Below are positions 24,053 through 36,170 of a stretch of DNA of 64,000 bases, piece by piece. The notes beneath the pieces are model-generated. The model was given only the letters and a program-made list of their open reading frames with translations. It searched no databases and had not been told where the DNA came from. The DNA is from Lytechinus pictus (Eukaryota), in assembly GCF_037042905.1 (NCBI RefSeq), contig NC_087251.1, forward strand, positions 20,276,001 to 20,340,000, in the 5' to 3' direction. Position numbers and translations under genes: made by a program. Every line of letters starts with the position of its first letter. Positions within the stretch are counted from its first letter, which is position 1.

Positions 24053-26874
24053 ACTAGACATGCTCGGTGGGTCGCGCAGCCGAGCATATGTATCCCCCGA
24101 ACCCACCGCATCATCCGTCATTGCGATATATAGAGCTCTCACAGATATTTGACAAATAAATACAATTGTCATGGCGACAATGACCCTGCCCACATTTTGC
24201 CTGTGGGTACCAAATATGATGACAATAATATGACGTAGCAGCATGACTCTGCAGAACCTAAAATATGTCCAGTATCACCTGTTGGGGAATACAATTATAG
24301 AGTAATCTGGATATATTTTATAAACCTAACCCTAAGACCCCCCACCAAAAATGATAGGCACCTTCGCTTCACCTTCTAATATTGCTTCTGTGTGCCAACT
24401 GTTATGACAAACTGGAAAAAAAGCAGACGTTACAGGTTTTACCAAATTTTCCACAAAAATATGGTTTCCATGGCAAACAAGTCTCCACCCACTCCAAAAT
24501 CATTAGGCGGCTTTGATTTACCATAATGGAGCATCATGACAAATCAGAAGATAATTGGAGAAGAAATGCAGCCAGTAGAGCACTCACAAGGAAATCTCTG
24601 CTATTTCCACAAAAAATCCTGTTACCATGGCAACGATGTCTCCGCCCACACCAAAATCAATAGGCGGCTTTGCTTTACCATAATGGACCTTCATGCCACA
24701 TTTGAAGATGATCGGAGAAGCAATGCAGCTGGTAGAGCGCTCACAAGGAAATCTCTGCTATTTCCACAAAACTCTTTTTACCATGGCAACGATGTCTCCA
24801 CCCACGCCGAAATTGATAGGCGGCTTCGATATACCACACGCAACCTTCATGCCACATTTGAAGATGATCGGAGAACTAGAGAAGAAATGCAGCTGGTAGA
24901 GTGCTCACAAGGACATCTCTGCTATTTCCACAAAAACTTGTTACCATGGCAACGATGTCTCCACCCACACCAAAATCGATAGGCAACATCGCTATACCAC
25001 ACTCAACCTTCATGCCACATTTGAAGATGATCGGAGAAGAAATGCAGCTGGTAGAGTGCTCACAAGGACATCTCTGCTATTTCCACAAAAACTTGTTACC
25101 ATGGCAACGATGTCTCCGCCCACACCAAAATCGATAGGCAACATCGCTATACCACACTCAACCTTCATGCCACATTTGAAGATGATCGGAGAAGAAATGC
25201 AGCTGGTAGAGTGCTCACAAGGACATCTCTGCTATTTCCACAAAAACTCTTGTTACCATGGCAACGATGTCTCCACCCACGCCAAAATTGATAGGCGGCT
25301 TCGATATACCACACGCAACCTTCATGCCACATTTGAAGATGATCGGAGAACTAGAGAAGAAATGCAGCTGGTAGAGTGCTCACAAGGACATCTCTGCTAT
25401 TTCCACAAAAACTTGTTACCATGGCAACGATGTCTCCGCCCACACCAAAATCGATAGGCAACATCGCTATACCACACTCAACCTTCATGCCACATTTGAA
25501 GATGATCGGAGAAGAAATGCAGCTGGTAGAGTGCTCACAAGGACATCTCTGCTATTTCCACAAAAACTCTTGTTACCATGGCAACGATGTCTCCACCCAC
25601 GCCAAAATTGATAGGCGGCTTCGATATACCACACGCAACCTTCATGCCACATTTGAAGATGATCGGAGAACTAGAGAAGAAATGCAGCTGGTAGAGTGCT
25701 CACAAGGACATCTCTGCTATTTCCACAAAAACTCGTTACTATGGCAACGATGTCTTCGCCCACACCAAAATCGATAGGCAACATCGCTATACCACACTCA
25801 ACCTTCATGCTACATTTGAAGATGATCGGAGAAAAAATGCAGCTGGTAGAGCGCTCACAAGGACATCTCTGCTATTTCCACAAAAACTCTTGTTACCATG
25901 GCAACGATGTCTCCACCCACACCAAAATCAAAAGGCGGCTTTGCTTTACCATAATGGACCTTCATGCCACATTTGAAGATGATCGGAGAAGCAATGCAGC
26001 TGGTAGAGCGCTCACAAGGAAATCTCTGCTATTTCCACAAAACTCTTGTTACCATGGCAATGATGTCTCCGCCCACACCAAAATCAATAGGGGGCTTTGC
26101 TTTACCACACTCAATCTTCATGCCACATTTGAAGATGATCGGAGAAGAAATGCAGCTGGTAGAGTGCTCACAAGGACATCTCATCTATTTCCACAAAAAC
26201 TCGTTACCATGGCAACGATGTATCCACCCACACCAAAATTGATAGGCGGCTTCAATATACCACACTCATTCTTCATGCCACATTTGAAGATGATCGGAGA
26301 AGAAATGCAGCTGGTAGAGTGCTCACAAGGACATCTCTGCTATTTCCACAAAAACTTGTTACCATGGCAACGATGTCTCCGCTCACACCGAAATCGATAG
26401 GCAACATCGCTATACCACACTTAACCTTCATGCCACATTTGAAAATGATCGAAGAAAAAATGCAGCTAGTAGAGCGCTCACAAGGACATCTGCTATTTCC
26501 ACAAAAACTCTTGTTACCATGGCAACGATGTATCCACCCACACCAAAATCGATAGGCGGCTTCGCTATACCACAGTCAACCTTCATGCCACATTTGAAGA
26601 TGATTGGAGAAGAAATGCAGCTGGTAGAGTGCCCACAAGGACATCTCTGCTATTTTTCACAAAAACTCTTGTTACCATTGCAACGATGTCTCTGCCCACA
26701 CCAAGATCGATAGGCTTCTTCGCTATACCATACTTAACCTTCATGCCAAATTTGAAGATGATCGGAGAAGAAATGCAGCTGATAGAGCGCTCACAAGGAA
26801 ATCTCTGCGGCGGACGTGGCGGCGCGACGAGGCCAAATCCACAGTATCCTCCGAACTCTATTCGGGGGATACAA
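24053..26874 (+). mobile_element. HINE-like family B carrying a ~2.4-kb satellite (155-164-bp monomers)
   Basis: 5' actag plus hairpin atgctcgg..ccgagcat and subTIR gtatcccccgaa; 3' hairpin gtatcctccgaa-ctcta-ttcgggggatac; about 15 tandem units between ~24400 and 26810. Confidence 0.78.
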
Positions 26875-27164
26875 TTATCCTTATCTTTTAATTTGATATA
26901 ACAATGTGAATAAAAAAGAAAGAAATAGAGTTGAGTGGAAAAGGGGGATAATTATAAATTTAATCAGTAAGGTGAGTGTTCATCATGTACATTTGAGGAC
27001 AAATTCACTGCATATAAGTATAAAACTAATAGTTGTACCATCACAAAGTTGTTATCATAAATTTTTAAGGATTATTATTACTGTAAAATCAGGTTGCATT
27101 CTCAATGGGGGGAAACAAAGCTTCGAGGATAGGGTTTATGGATTCTAGGCAAAGATCTCTAATG

Positions 27165-27620
27165 TCAGATGGTATTGAATCCCATATTCTTGGGAAAGCA
27201 TGAAACAAGAAACTTCAGAACATTACTTCTTGAAAATTTGTGAACAAAAAGGAGATTATTCATTTTGCAAACTCTTGGACTTGGCAAGAGGTAGGCAGGT
27301 ATATCCTTCAAGCGGAGACATTTTATAACGAGACTAATAGACAAATAAGTAAGCTGGTTGTAAAGTGGAGAAAGATCAAGTTTTTGTAATCTTTCAGAGT
27401 AGGAAAACAAAATCGTATGAAGCGTCTTTGAATGGATTCCAGAGATGGTTTGTGATTTTCTTGGAATCCATTCAAAGACACTTCACACGATTTTGTTTTC
27501 CTTATGAACAGGCAAATGCACTTTCCTACTCTATGTGATAGACATTTATTTATGCCTAGTCTAAGATCTATCTGTAACACATTACTTAAAGGAATATGAA
27601 ACCCAATATCTAATAACACA
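27165..27620 (-). mobile_element. Degraded CR1-type LINE ORF2 3' fragment
   Basis: Frameshifted LESIQRRFIRF..SYSERLQKLDLSPL motif typical of CR1-clade RT C-termini. Confidence 0.65.
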
Positions 27621-27660
27621 TAATATCATTGATAAAGGACAATCAAAATGAATCCACTTA

Positions 27661-28145
27661 TACTCCAATTGGATTTCCCAGTATGGAGTACTACCTCTTC
27701 AAAGTGGGGCATCTTTGGGTTCGAAGTGTCCGGATGGAGGTCGCCATTTTCGCAGGGTTTAGATCAAAATTGTGACAGCGACGAACCACATCTGTAAGTA
27801 GATATCTACATTTGCCTGTTATATATTCTATTTTACTAATAACAAATCAAATATACATATAAAACTCATTAATATGTTATTCAAAATTTGTTAAAGGTTA
27901 TATCATAGTAAAAAAAACAACTATTTAATGAGTTTTAATGATAAATTTTACACCCTCATCTACCATTTTAAAATTGACAAATTAGCTAGCATTAATCAAT
28001 CGGAAAAAAAGCGCTTAAGTCTTGCTGATGTCATAATTTTCTATTATCCCTGCGAAAATGGCAACCTCCTTCCAGAGACTTCGAACCTGTAGAAATTTCA
28101 ACTTTGAAGAGGTGGTACTCCATACTGGGAAATAAGACTGGGGTA
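27661..28145. mobile_element. MITE with ~95-bp imperfect TIRs
   Basis: cccagtatggagtactacctcttcaaagt..ccattttcgcaggg is mirrored by ccctgcgaaaatgg..actttgaagaggtggtactccatactggg. Confidence 0.7.
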
Positions 28146-28462
28146 TGGGATATTAGTGGATTCATTATAATTTTCCTGCATTCATCAATGATATTATGTG
28201 GCATTACTTTGAAAATTATCGAACAGCCCAATGTAAGATTTGAGCGTTGTTTGGCATCATGATACAGTCTCAAGACCATAGTTGTGTCTTGTGTCTTATC
28301 TCAGTTTTGCTTATTCTGGACATGAGTGTTACACTCACTCTGTCTTGGGTATCATTCTCTAGGTCGTGGTCTCTCTCTGACCCAACAATAAATTTTAGTG
28401 CTGCACTGTACATTCCCTTATACAGTACAGAGAGAAAAAGAGAGAGAGAGTGCTTTACTTAC

Positions 28463-28564
28463 CATTCCTAGTACTAAACCAAGCATAACTGTCATCACTG
28501 CAAAAAACCCATAAGAGCTCCAAGAGGGAAAGCCATACTCTTCTGTTAGTATTGTATGGGTAAC
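28463..28564 (-). CDS. TMX1: TMX1-like exon 5 (transmembrane helix)
   Basis: cctAG acceptor, GTAAGT donor; VTHTILTEEYGFPSWSSYGFFAVMTVMLGLVLGM. Confidence 0.93.
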
Positions 28565-28728
28565 CTAGGATGAACAAATGAGCAAATATTATATCAAAGT
28601 TTGGAAAAATGGAAAAATTCTAAAATATTTGGTGCTTTGAAATTATTTTTGTATCAAGGGAGAATATCCTAGAAAACTAATAACAATATGCAAAATTTTT
28701 ATATAGCGCTTAATACAATGTTTACTAA

Positions 28729-29040
28729 AAGACAAAAATAAGGAAAAGAACATAACACTTTAATAAACAGAACATGTTTCGAGGTTCACGCCTCATCATC
28801 AGCCTAAAATCATAAACAGACGGAGTCACTGGTATTTATACATTTAGGATATCAAGGTAATTTCAAGAATGCAGGTACATTGAAATTTCCAGGATATCCA
28901 AAATGTATAAATACCAGTGCTTTTAGATTTTAGACTGATGATGAGGTGTGATCCTCCAAACATGTTCCGCTTTATATTAAAATGTTATGTTCTTTTCCTT
29001 ATTTTCATCTTTAATTTGATATTGTGTTGTTCTTTTGGAA
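28729..29040. mobile_element. Penelope-like inverted terminal fragment with minimal hammerhead-like motifs, inserted in a SINE-like tail
   Basis: 14-bp TSD acaatgtttactaa (28715-28728 and 29041-29054); palindromic body; minus strand reads CTGATGA-t-GAGG..CCTC-GAAACATGTT. Confidence 0.65.
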
Positions 29041-29329
29041 ACAATGTTTACTAAGCGCTGCATACAATTACCCTGGCTTCAGCATGGCTACTCTTATCGG
29101 GTGCTCAAGCATTGAAGGGATTTCTTTCTACCGACTACCCATTTACTACACCTGGGTAGTGAGTGGCAAAAGCAAATAAACACCTTGCCAAATACCTTAT
29201 TAGCACTGTGAAAATATGTCCGAAAAGTATAGGGTCATGCTGATAATTTTTTAGTAGTCTCTTACATACATGCTGTTATACAATACAAAGTCAAGAAATT
29301 GATATCATTTTATGGTTCACAGTGATAGA

Positions 29330-30200
29330 ATAATAATAGAAATAAATAATAATGTGAACGTTTGTAATACATCGGTATCCATGATAAAAAGATGCTCATG
29401 GCGCAATAAAGAAAAGAAAGGAAGAAGAAAATAGAAACCTATTAAACAAGGGGAAGAATAATAAGCTTGTGAGAATAACCAGGTTTTCAGATAACTTTTG
29501 AAAGTTGTGAGACAAGAAATATTGCGGATGTCTTATGGAAGTTTATATTCCATAGAAATGGCCCAGCATGTTGAAATGATCGATCCCCATGAATTATGAG
29601 ATTGTGGTACAGCAAGTAAGGATGAACTAGCAGACCTAAGGTTGCGAGAGGGATTGTATTGTGGTGCAGTTCCGTGTAATGAATGAAAAACAAGTAAGAG
29701 CAATTCAAAAATTATGCTATGTACAACAGGTAACCAGTGAAGAGATATGAGTATAGGGGTTATGTGATTCCTCTTAGGGGACATGGTAACTATACTGGCA
29801 GCATGATGTTGTAATTTCCTAAGGTGATCTAACGATGATTGTTATATAGTAGAGCATTACAGAAATCAAGAAGGGAACTAGTATTTGCATGTACAATCTT
29901 CTCTGTGCAAGACTTAGTGACATACTCCCTAATGAACCCTAAATTCTGTAGTTGATACTGTACAGATCAACATATACTTGAGACCTGGGGAGCGTTTCAT
30001 AAAAGGACTTGTGAGATTATTTATCCGACAATTCCTGCTTTATCCAACAGTTACCATAGTTTAACAGTGCCTCTCGACCAATCAGAATCAGGGAAAATTG
30101 TCAGCTCTGACAAGTTGTCGGACATAAATGTTTATGGAACGCTCCCCTGATTTGACAGACATATTAGAATCAAACATAACACCAAGATTTCTACACATAT
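29330..30200 (-). mobile_element. L2-clade LINE 3' fragment, interrupted by a Harbinger-like MITE (29988-30146, TSD ctg)
   Basis: RNLGVMFDSNMS, HITPILISLHWLPV and GDRSFQHAGPFLWN motifs; (ATT)n-like tail. Confidence 0.8.
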
Positions 30201-30749
30201 ATGTTTTTCATTGGGAGGAATGAGATGTCTCATAATACCTCGTTCCCACGTGCGATCCTTTACGAACGCTTCAATTTAACATATTGTTAACTCATCGCAA
30301 AAATTTTGGAACCATTCAAAAGTTTTCTCAGATGAATACGATTGTTACGATTGATCTGATCAGATACGATCTGATTCAATAAGTACCATTACTCCACAAC
30401 AAAGACCACCGTTTCAATCATGGCGTAAATCGTGACAGTGTGAACTACGTAATACCAAATCAAATGCATTTCAATCATTTTCAATTTTATGAGGGAAGGG
30501 GCACTTGAAGAAATTTGTATGACAGGACATATGGGGGGAGGCTGTTCACACGCGAAATCAGTCAAATCACAAATCTGAACCTTCAAAAAAAATCCTCAAC
30601 TCTTGACTTTATTTGATGAATTTCAGTCAACCCTATATCAATTATTTCTCTAAGTTTTCTGCTTTCAACAACATGACATTAGGGTGAACTTCCACTTTAG
30701 AATTGCTTTATTAACATTAACATAACTTGATCTTCACTTATTGACTTAC

Positions 30750-30795
30750 CCTTACAAGCATTGACATCTTAAAGACCCAAGATAGAATTGACATA
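30750..30795 (-). CDS. TMX1: TMX1-like exon 4
   Basis: ttttgcAG acceptor, GTAAGT donor; 46 nt encoding (S)MSILSWVFKMSMLVR; restores phase 0. Confidence 0.9.
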
Positions 30796-31333
30796 CTGCA
30801 AAACAAAAGCAATGTAAAAGAATGATATTTTAAACAAATACATTTCAAAGCTATGGAATGAGGAAGGAGTACTTTATGAGTTAATCAGGTGTAACTTTAA
30901 ATCATAATCAAATGCCAATGCAAATACAGGTAGAACTTGCATAAGTTAACCTCCCATTAATCATTAAAAAAAAACAGATTATGCAAAACATGTGTTATAC
31001 ATATCTGGTTCTTGTTTTTAATAATAGTCAAACAATCTGCGGTGCGACAACAAGTAAATACTACTTAACAATTTATCTTACTGATAACTACACAGAAGCC
31101 CACAATGCAATGTAGTATTATAACTTTTGTATCTCAATTTTTTTTCTCTGCATTCTCTCTATCTAGCATGGGATTGAATTCACTTTATTTTTTTCTCTCC
31201 TTTTTTCTAGATGATTTTTTTGGAACATTTAGATTTCTGACCTGAAACTTAGCTTTTATTGTATCTATTTTGACCACAAAATATCTGTTTAACCTAACAG
31301 AATTTTTACTTCGAAAAAGTTTTGCATGATCAG

Positions 31334-31824
31334 GGGTCCGTTGTAGAAAGAGTTGCGTTTAAACGCAAGTAAAAAAATCAATCGCAAGTCCCAAATGCGC
31401 GCTGTTGCTTGGTAGAAAATCAAGTTACGCATGATTTTTAGAGTTGCGATTGATTGCAGATTGATTGCAACTCTTTCTGCAACGGGCCCCTGGGCCCGTA
31501 ACACAAAGGTTAGCAATCAATCACAAAATGAATTGGCCTATCAGGATCATCGTTGCATGCACACTTTGCTCAGTAGACTCGACTAGGAACCAATCAGAAT
31601 TGCTCTTTAAATTAGCGATTAATTGCTAACCTTTGTTTTATAGGGCCCAGGGGGCCATTTCATAAAGCTGTTTCTAAGTTAACTTAAGAGAAACTTTAAG
31701 AACGACTGGTGATCCTTTCTTGTGGTATATGGTACACATATACATTAAAATGTTCATTGTTGATTTTTAGCGCGTAAGAAAGGTTCACCAGTCGTTCTTA
31801 AAGTCAGCTTTATGAAACACCTAC
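31334..31824. mobile_element. Three Harbinger-like MITEs end to end
   Basis: 31334-31489, 31493-31647 and 31651-31824, each with its own TIRs, separated by CAG/CTG triplets. Confidence 0.72.
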
Positions 31825-32148
31825 CTGGTCTAAAAAAATTGCTCCAACTTGGGCAAACATTTGACTAAATGGAAGGTTGATTCTAAAATATGCAAGTTTA
31901 ATTGTATTACAATCCTGACAGATATTTGATGGTTTATTTGATTTCATTTTGTATGACCCACACAAACTAGACATCAATCCCCGTTGAATATGTTGTCTGG
32001 TCTGTTAGCGTAAAAAAATACCCTACTTCTGGACATGGACAAAAGCATGATATACAAAGGTCTGGAGAAAAATTCATGCTTTTGTCCACATAATTTCGCT
32101 AACAGACCAGACTAATGTCAGTAAGTAGGATAACAGTTGAATTCTTAC

Positions 32149-32277
32149 GAAATAGAGTTTGGAGACTGCCATCCAGCTACAGGTTCAATTTCCTCATATT
32201 TTTTCTCTTCCACAAGACTAATGAGATCATCTTTGGTGCGCGGTCCAAGATATCTTCTGAAAATTCCATCTTTGGAA
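32149..32277 (-). CDS. TMX1: TMX1-like exon 3
   Basis: tacAG acceptor, GTAAG donor; (H)SKDGIFRRYLGPRTKDDLISLVEEKKYEEIEPVAGWQSPNSI(S); phases match both neighbours. Confidence 0.95.
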
Positions 32278-33249
32278 CTGTAATACATCATTAAAATGAA
32301 AAAGAGAGTGAAATAGTCATTATGTGTTTTAATAAATAAATTTTTGATATAGGCTAAAACAATCACTCGGTTAAATTATACTTCAACATATCAATAATTA
32401 CATGAGGATTTGACAGCACCAGCTCACTCATAGGCATTTATGCAAATCAATGTTCCACAAAACACTTTAAACTTCCACAGCTTTGTTAGCATCACTTATC
32501 CAATATTCAATCAATTTTAAACTGTAGAGAGGATATCACGCGTTTAATATGACTCTAGATATTATACTAGAATAACTTTTACTTGGGTTGGAATAATCTC
32601 AAGAGTAAGACATATTCTCATTGCTCCTTTTTTGTTGATGCAACAGTGGATTCATCAATTAAAAACAGTGAAATCGTGAATAAAATAGTGTGCATAACCA
32701 TGGCAGCAGGTGTCAATTTAGCTGTGAAAAAGAGGTGCATCGGCATTGGACATTATTGAAGAAATACAGTAAATGAAGCGTAATTTGTACAGGAAATCTC
32801 CATAAACCATGGGTTCAACCGATAGTTTTCAAAACCACCTTTGTGATTTTCGAGCCTTAGAGTTTTGTTGCAGGCTTTTACATGTACCTCAATGGCTTCA
32901 AATTACATGACTACTGTAAAGGAAAACAGTTCCTGTAGATGTGTAATCCCCATGTTGAAAGGGACAGGAAATGAATTAATCCTATTGAACAGGAAATAAA
33001 AGAATTAATTTTGAGAAGACTTCCAGGAAACAGTATATTTTCTTCAGGTAAGTATTTATTCTTAATGGGATCATATTCACAAAACTGCACGAATACCCTC
33101 TACATGAACAGCCTCCTCTGATTTTTCTCAATTCTTCTCTTTTTGACTTGATCTACTTCTTTATAATAGGCTACTCTTCCCCTCTCATTCTATGTTCTTG
33201 CTTTTTGCTCTTCGCTCCTTCACCCTCCCCCCAAGAAATATGCACTTAC

Positions 33250-33411
33250 TGGAAGATTGTTGGCAAGGATGTAACTGCAAAACGTCCACTCAATCCTGGT
33301 TCCTCTGTAACATCAACCTCAGCAATGTTAGCGTTAAGTTCTTGACTCCAATCAGACAGCTCCTTCCAAACAGGCATAATGGACTTGCATGCCGGACACC
33401 ATGGAGCATAA
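33250..33411 (-). CDS. TMX1: TMX1-like exon 2 (active site WCPAC)
   Basis: ttttccAG acceptor and GTAAGT donor; encodes (F)YAPWCPACKSIMPVWKELSDWSQELNANIAEVDVTEEPGLSGRFAVTSLPTIF(H). CPAC is the TMX1-type motif. Confidence 0.96.
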
Positions 33412-35030
33412 CTGGAAAAAAAGAAAGAAGAAATTTAAGCATATTTAGATTAGAAAATCAGTTTGGACTAAGAATTTTCTTGCTCTTTATGTAAGACAGC
33501 TTAACAAAGTCTGAGCAACAACTTTTATCAGGAATCCTGGATGTTCATTCTAACACAAATGAAAAGAAAACTGTTATTGTACAAAAAAAGGGTATTATAT
33601 TACCGATGAAAACCACATTGTAGCAGCTCTTTGTACTTCGATGGGACTCTATTCAACTTAAATATGCATGTTTTGCACAATCTGGTCTGGAAAATTACTT
33701 CAATCTCCACAAAGGCATTTGAAAATATATATATAATTTGCAATCCACGCAGACTCAGGTATAGTAGAGTGCAAAATGTATTAGCAAGCCCAGAAGATGT
33801 TTACTCTTCAATGTGATGATCTTAACCTGTTACCTTCTTAATCTTGGTTTAAAATACCTCTGGTGATATTCTATCTAACTTTGCTTGGGAGTCGGTTCCA
33901 CTCTGTCATACTTACAAAAGAAAATTGCTCCATCAATCTGTATGTGTGCTACTTTCAATGGCATTACGTCTTCAGTCTCGAGGTCTAATTTTATTTCGAG
34001 AAGATATATCACAATTTACATTTATGCTAGTCCCTGGCCTAAGCCACTCCTAGTATGAGGTCAAAACATAACATTAATGACCTCATAGGCGTCATTCATG
34101 CATATACAGTACAGGGTGGTGCATTTGAAGAAAATCAGCACCCGTGGTAAATGCACACATAGATGGCATCAAGGCTTGTCGGCGTGGTGAATTGTCAAGT
34201 GTTTTTATTTCTATTTTGTTGTAGTTATTCAATTTATTAAGAATTCATAAAATGCAAAGCAGATATACAATAAAATCATGAAAATGTCTATGGGAATTAC
34301 AACAAAAGCCTATAGATGGCTTGCTAGACAGTGATCCCCTTAGAGTCTACATACAAAATACGCTAGATGATCTTTGTAGGTTTGCATGGTGGAGTTCATA
34401 ACGTGGAGTAGGTTTATGGTTCACCATGTGTAATGTGAAGAAGGGAAGGAAATACAGGCAGAAAGATTGAAACTGAAAGAGATAGGATGAAAAGAGGAAA
34501 TTAGAAGTATTCTTTCTTGAAAGTGAGTGAAGTCCTGAAAAGGACTGTAAACCAGATGAGATGAGCTGAATATGGCTTGAGTAGCAATGGTTTGAGTACT
34601 AGTAGAAGGATGAAGTGAAGAGAGGTTACTCAACCTGATAATTATATTTTTGATAATCCATTTTTAGACTCGGGATAATTGCAGAGCACTGACTTGACCA
34701 AAATAAATACAAATGTCTCAAATTGAGCTCTAAATTCATATGAATGATTATTGGATGTAAATTATTGTTAAATTATTACGATTGTATGGCCATACTAAAA
34801 ATATTGGTAATGTCAGCAAAGTTATGTTATCATTTATGTTGGAATATGGAAGTACTCCGGACGTCTCCGAGATAAAGAAGCACAAAAAAAGAGGGCGCTA
34901 TGGAATAGAAACAATCTATTTCAATGTTCGTCTCAAATCGTCATTATTTTTTTCTTATTTTGGGACTTCATAATCATCAAGCTTAAGTTATTTCATCAGC
35001 ATCGTGACATTTGTGACTTTAAGATCAGAT

Positions 35031-36170
35031 ATGGATCCACCAGAGGGTAAAAGGCCTCAAAGACAAGCTGCTACAAAGCCAAAAACGTATGTACAATCTA
35101 CTCGTAAGGGCCAATCAGTCCCAGTTTCTACACGTAACAGCCCGCCAATATCAAATACACGGCCTACAAGCCCGGTGAGAAGTGCAGCCTCGACGCCAGA
35201 CAACAGCGATGGAGAATCACAGGACGATGACGTCATCACCATGGCGCGTGGCGCCATTTCTGGGACTGATCAGCCTTCTACATTGCACTCTCCCCATGCC
35301 GACACTAGATCATCTTTTACGTTGGACGACTATTTTACGAAAACAACGGCAAGATTTGAGCATACATGGTGGTGGTGGTGTGGTGGTTTTTTACCCGATT
35401 GCTAAGAAAGCATGAATGCTTGTAAGCAAGCAACCAGAGGACCGACGGCTTAAGGTCCTCTCCGAAGGACCTGGTACTGAGGATTAATGCCTTACCAAAG
35501 AGCACTAGCGCACCAAGTGGGAATCGAACCCGGGTCACCAGAATACGAATCCCCCGCTCTACCGACTGAATGCAGTGGAAAGCTTCGTTGGAAAATTACA
35601 GCAATTGGAAGTAAAAGATGGAAGCATCGTTTGAATTTGAGCGTAAGCGTGTGGATGACCTGACGGAAAATCAAAATAGAATGAAGAGCAAAATAGAATC
35701 CATGGAAAAGGAAATCACTGAGCTCTGCTCAGAAGTCCAGATCAATAAAGCAGCAGTAAATAAAAGTGAAAGGTTCTCTAGAAGAAATCATGTTAGATTA
35801 GTTGGCATCCCGGAAGCACCTCAAGGAGATCGCAAAGATCCCGTCACCATGGTCGAGGAAATTCTTCACTCCAAATTCAAGGTGAAAACGAAAGTCAAAA
35901 GAGCTCATCGCGATGGCAAAAAGGATGATGGTCGTCCAATGCACATCCTTCTGAAGTTCCTGTCGTACAGAGAGAAAGTAGATATCATGCAAGACCCTGA
36001 AAGATGAAAGATACTTCATCACAGATGACCTCATGCCAACAGATCTAGAAGAAAAAAAGAAATGGATCAAGCAAGTCCAAGAAATGTACAACAAAGGAAC
36101 AAAATTAAGATTCTACTCCGGGAAGTGGCGACAGGCCGGAGGAATTTACTCATACCGATTATCTTGAAGT
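35031..36170 (+). pseudogene. LINE ORF1 (coiled-coil plus RRM, L1/CR1 type), disrupted
   Basis: MDPPEGKRPQR..; coiled coil then SRRNHVRLVGIPE, RAHR.G, RP.HILLKFLSY and YFITDDL; frameshifts and a SINE insertion. Confidence 0.82.
35367..35568 (-). mobile_element. tRNA-derived SINE with (CAC)n tail
   Basis: Minus strand: A-box remnant cagtcggtagagc, B-box ggttcgattccc, hairpin aggtccttcggagaggacct, CAC-repeat tail; interrupts ORF1. Confidence 0.82.

Noticed and set aside
24536..26901. Many overlapping ORFs up to 234 aa
   Set aside because: Translations of the 155-164-bp satellite in shifting frames; no domain and no splice structure.
35510..35568. tRNA gene
   Set aside because: The 5' acceptor stem is missing and the sequence continues into a SINE body and tail.
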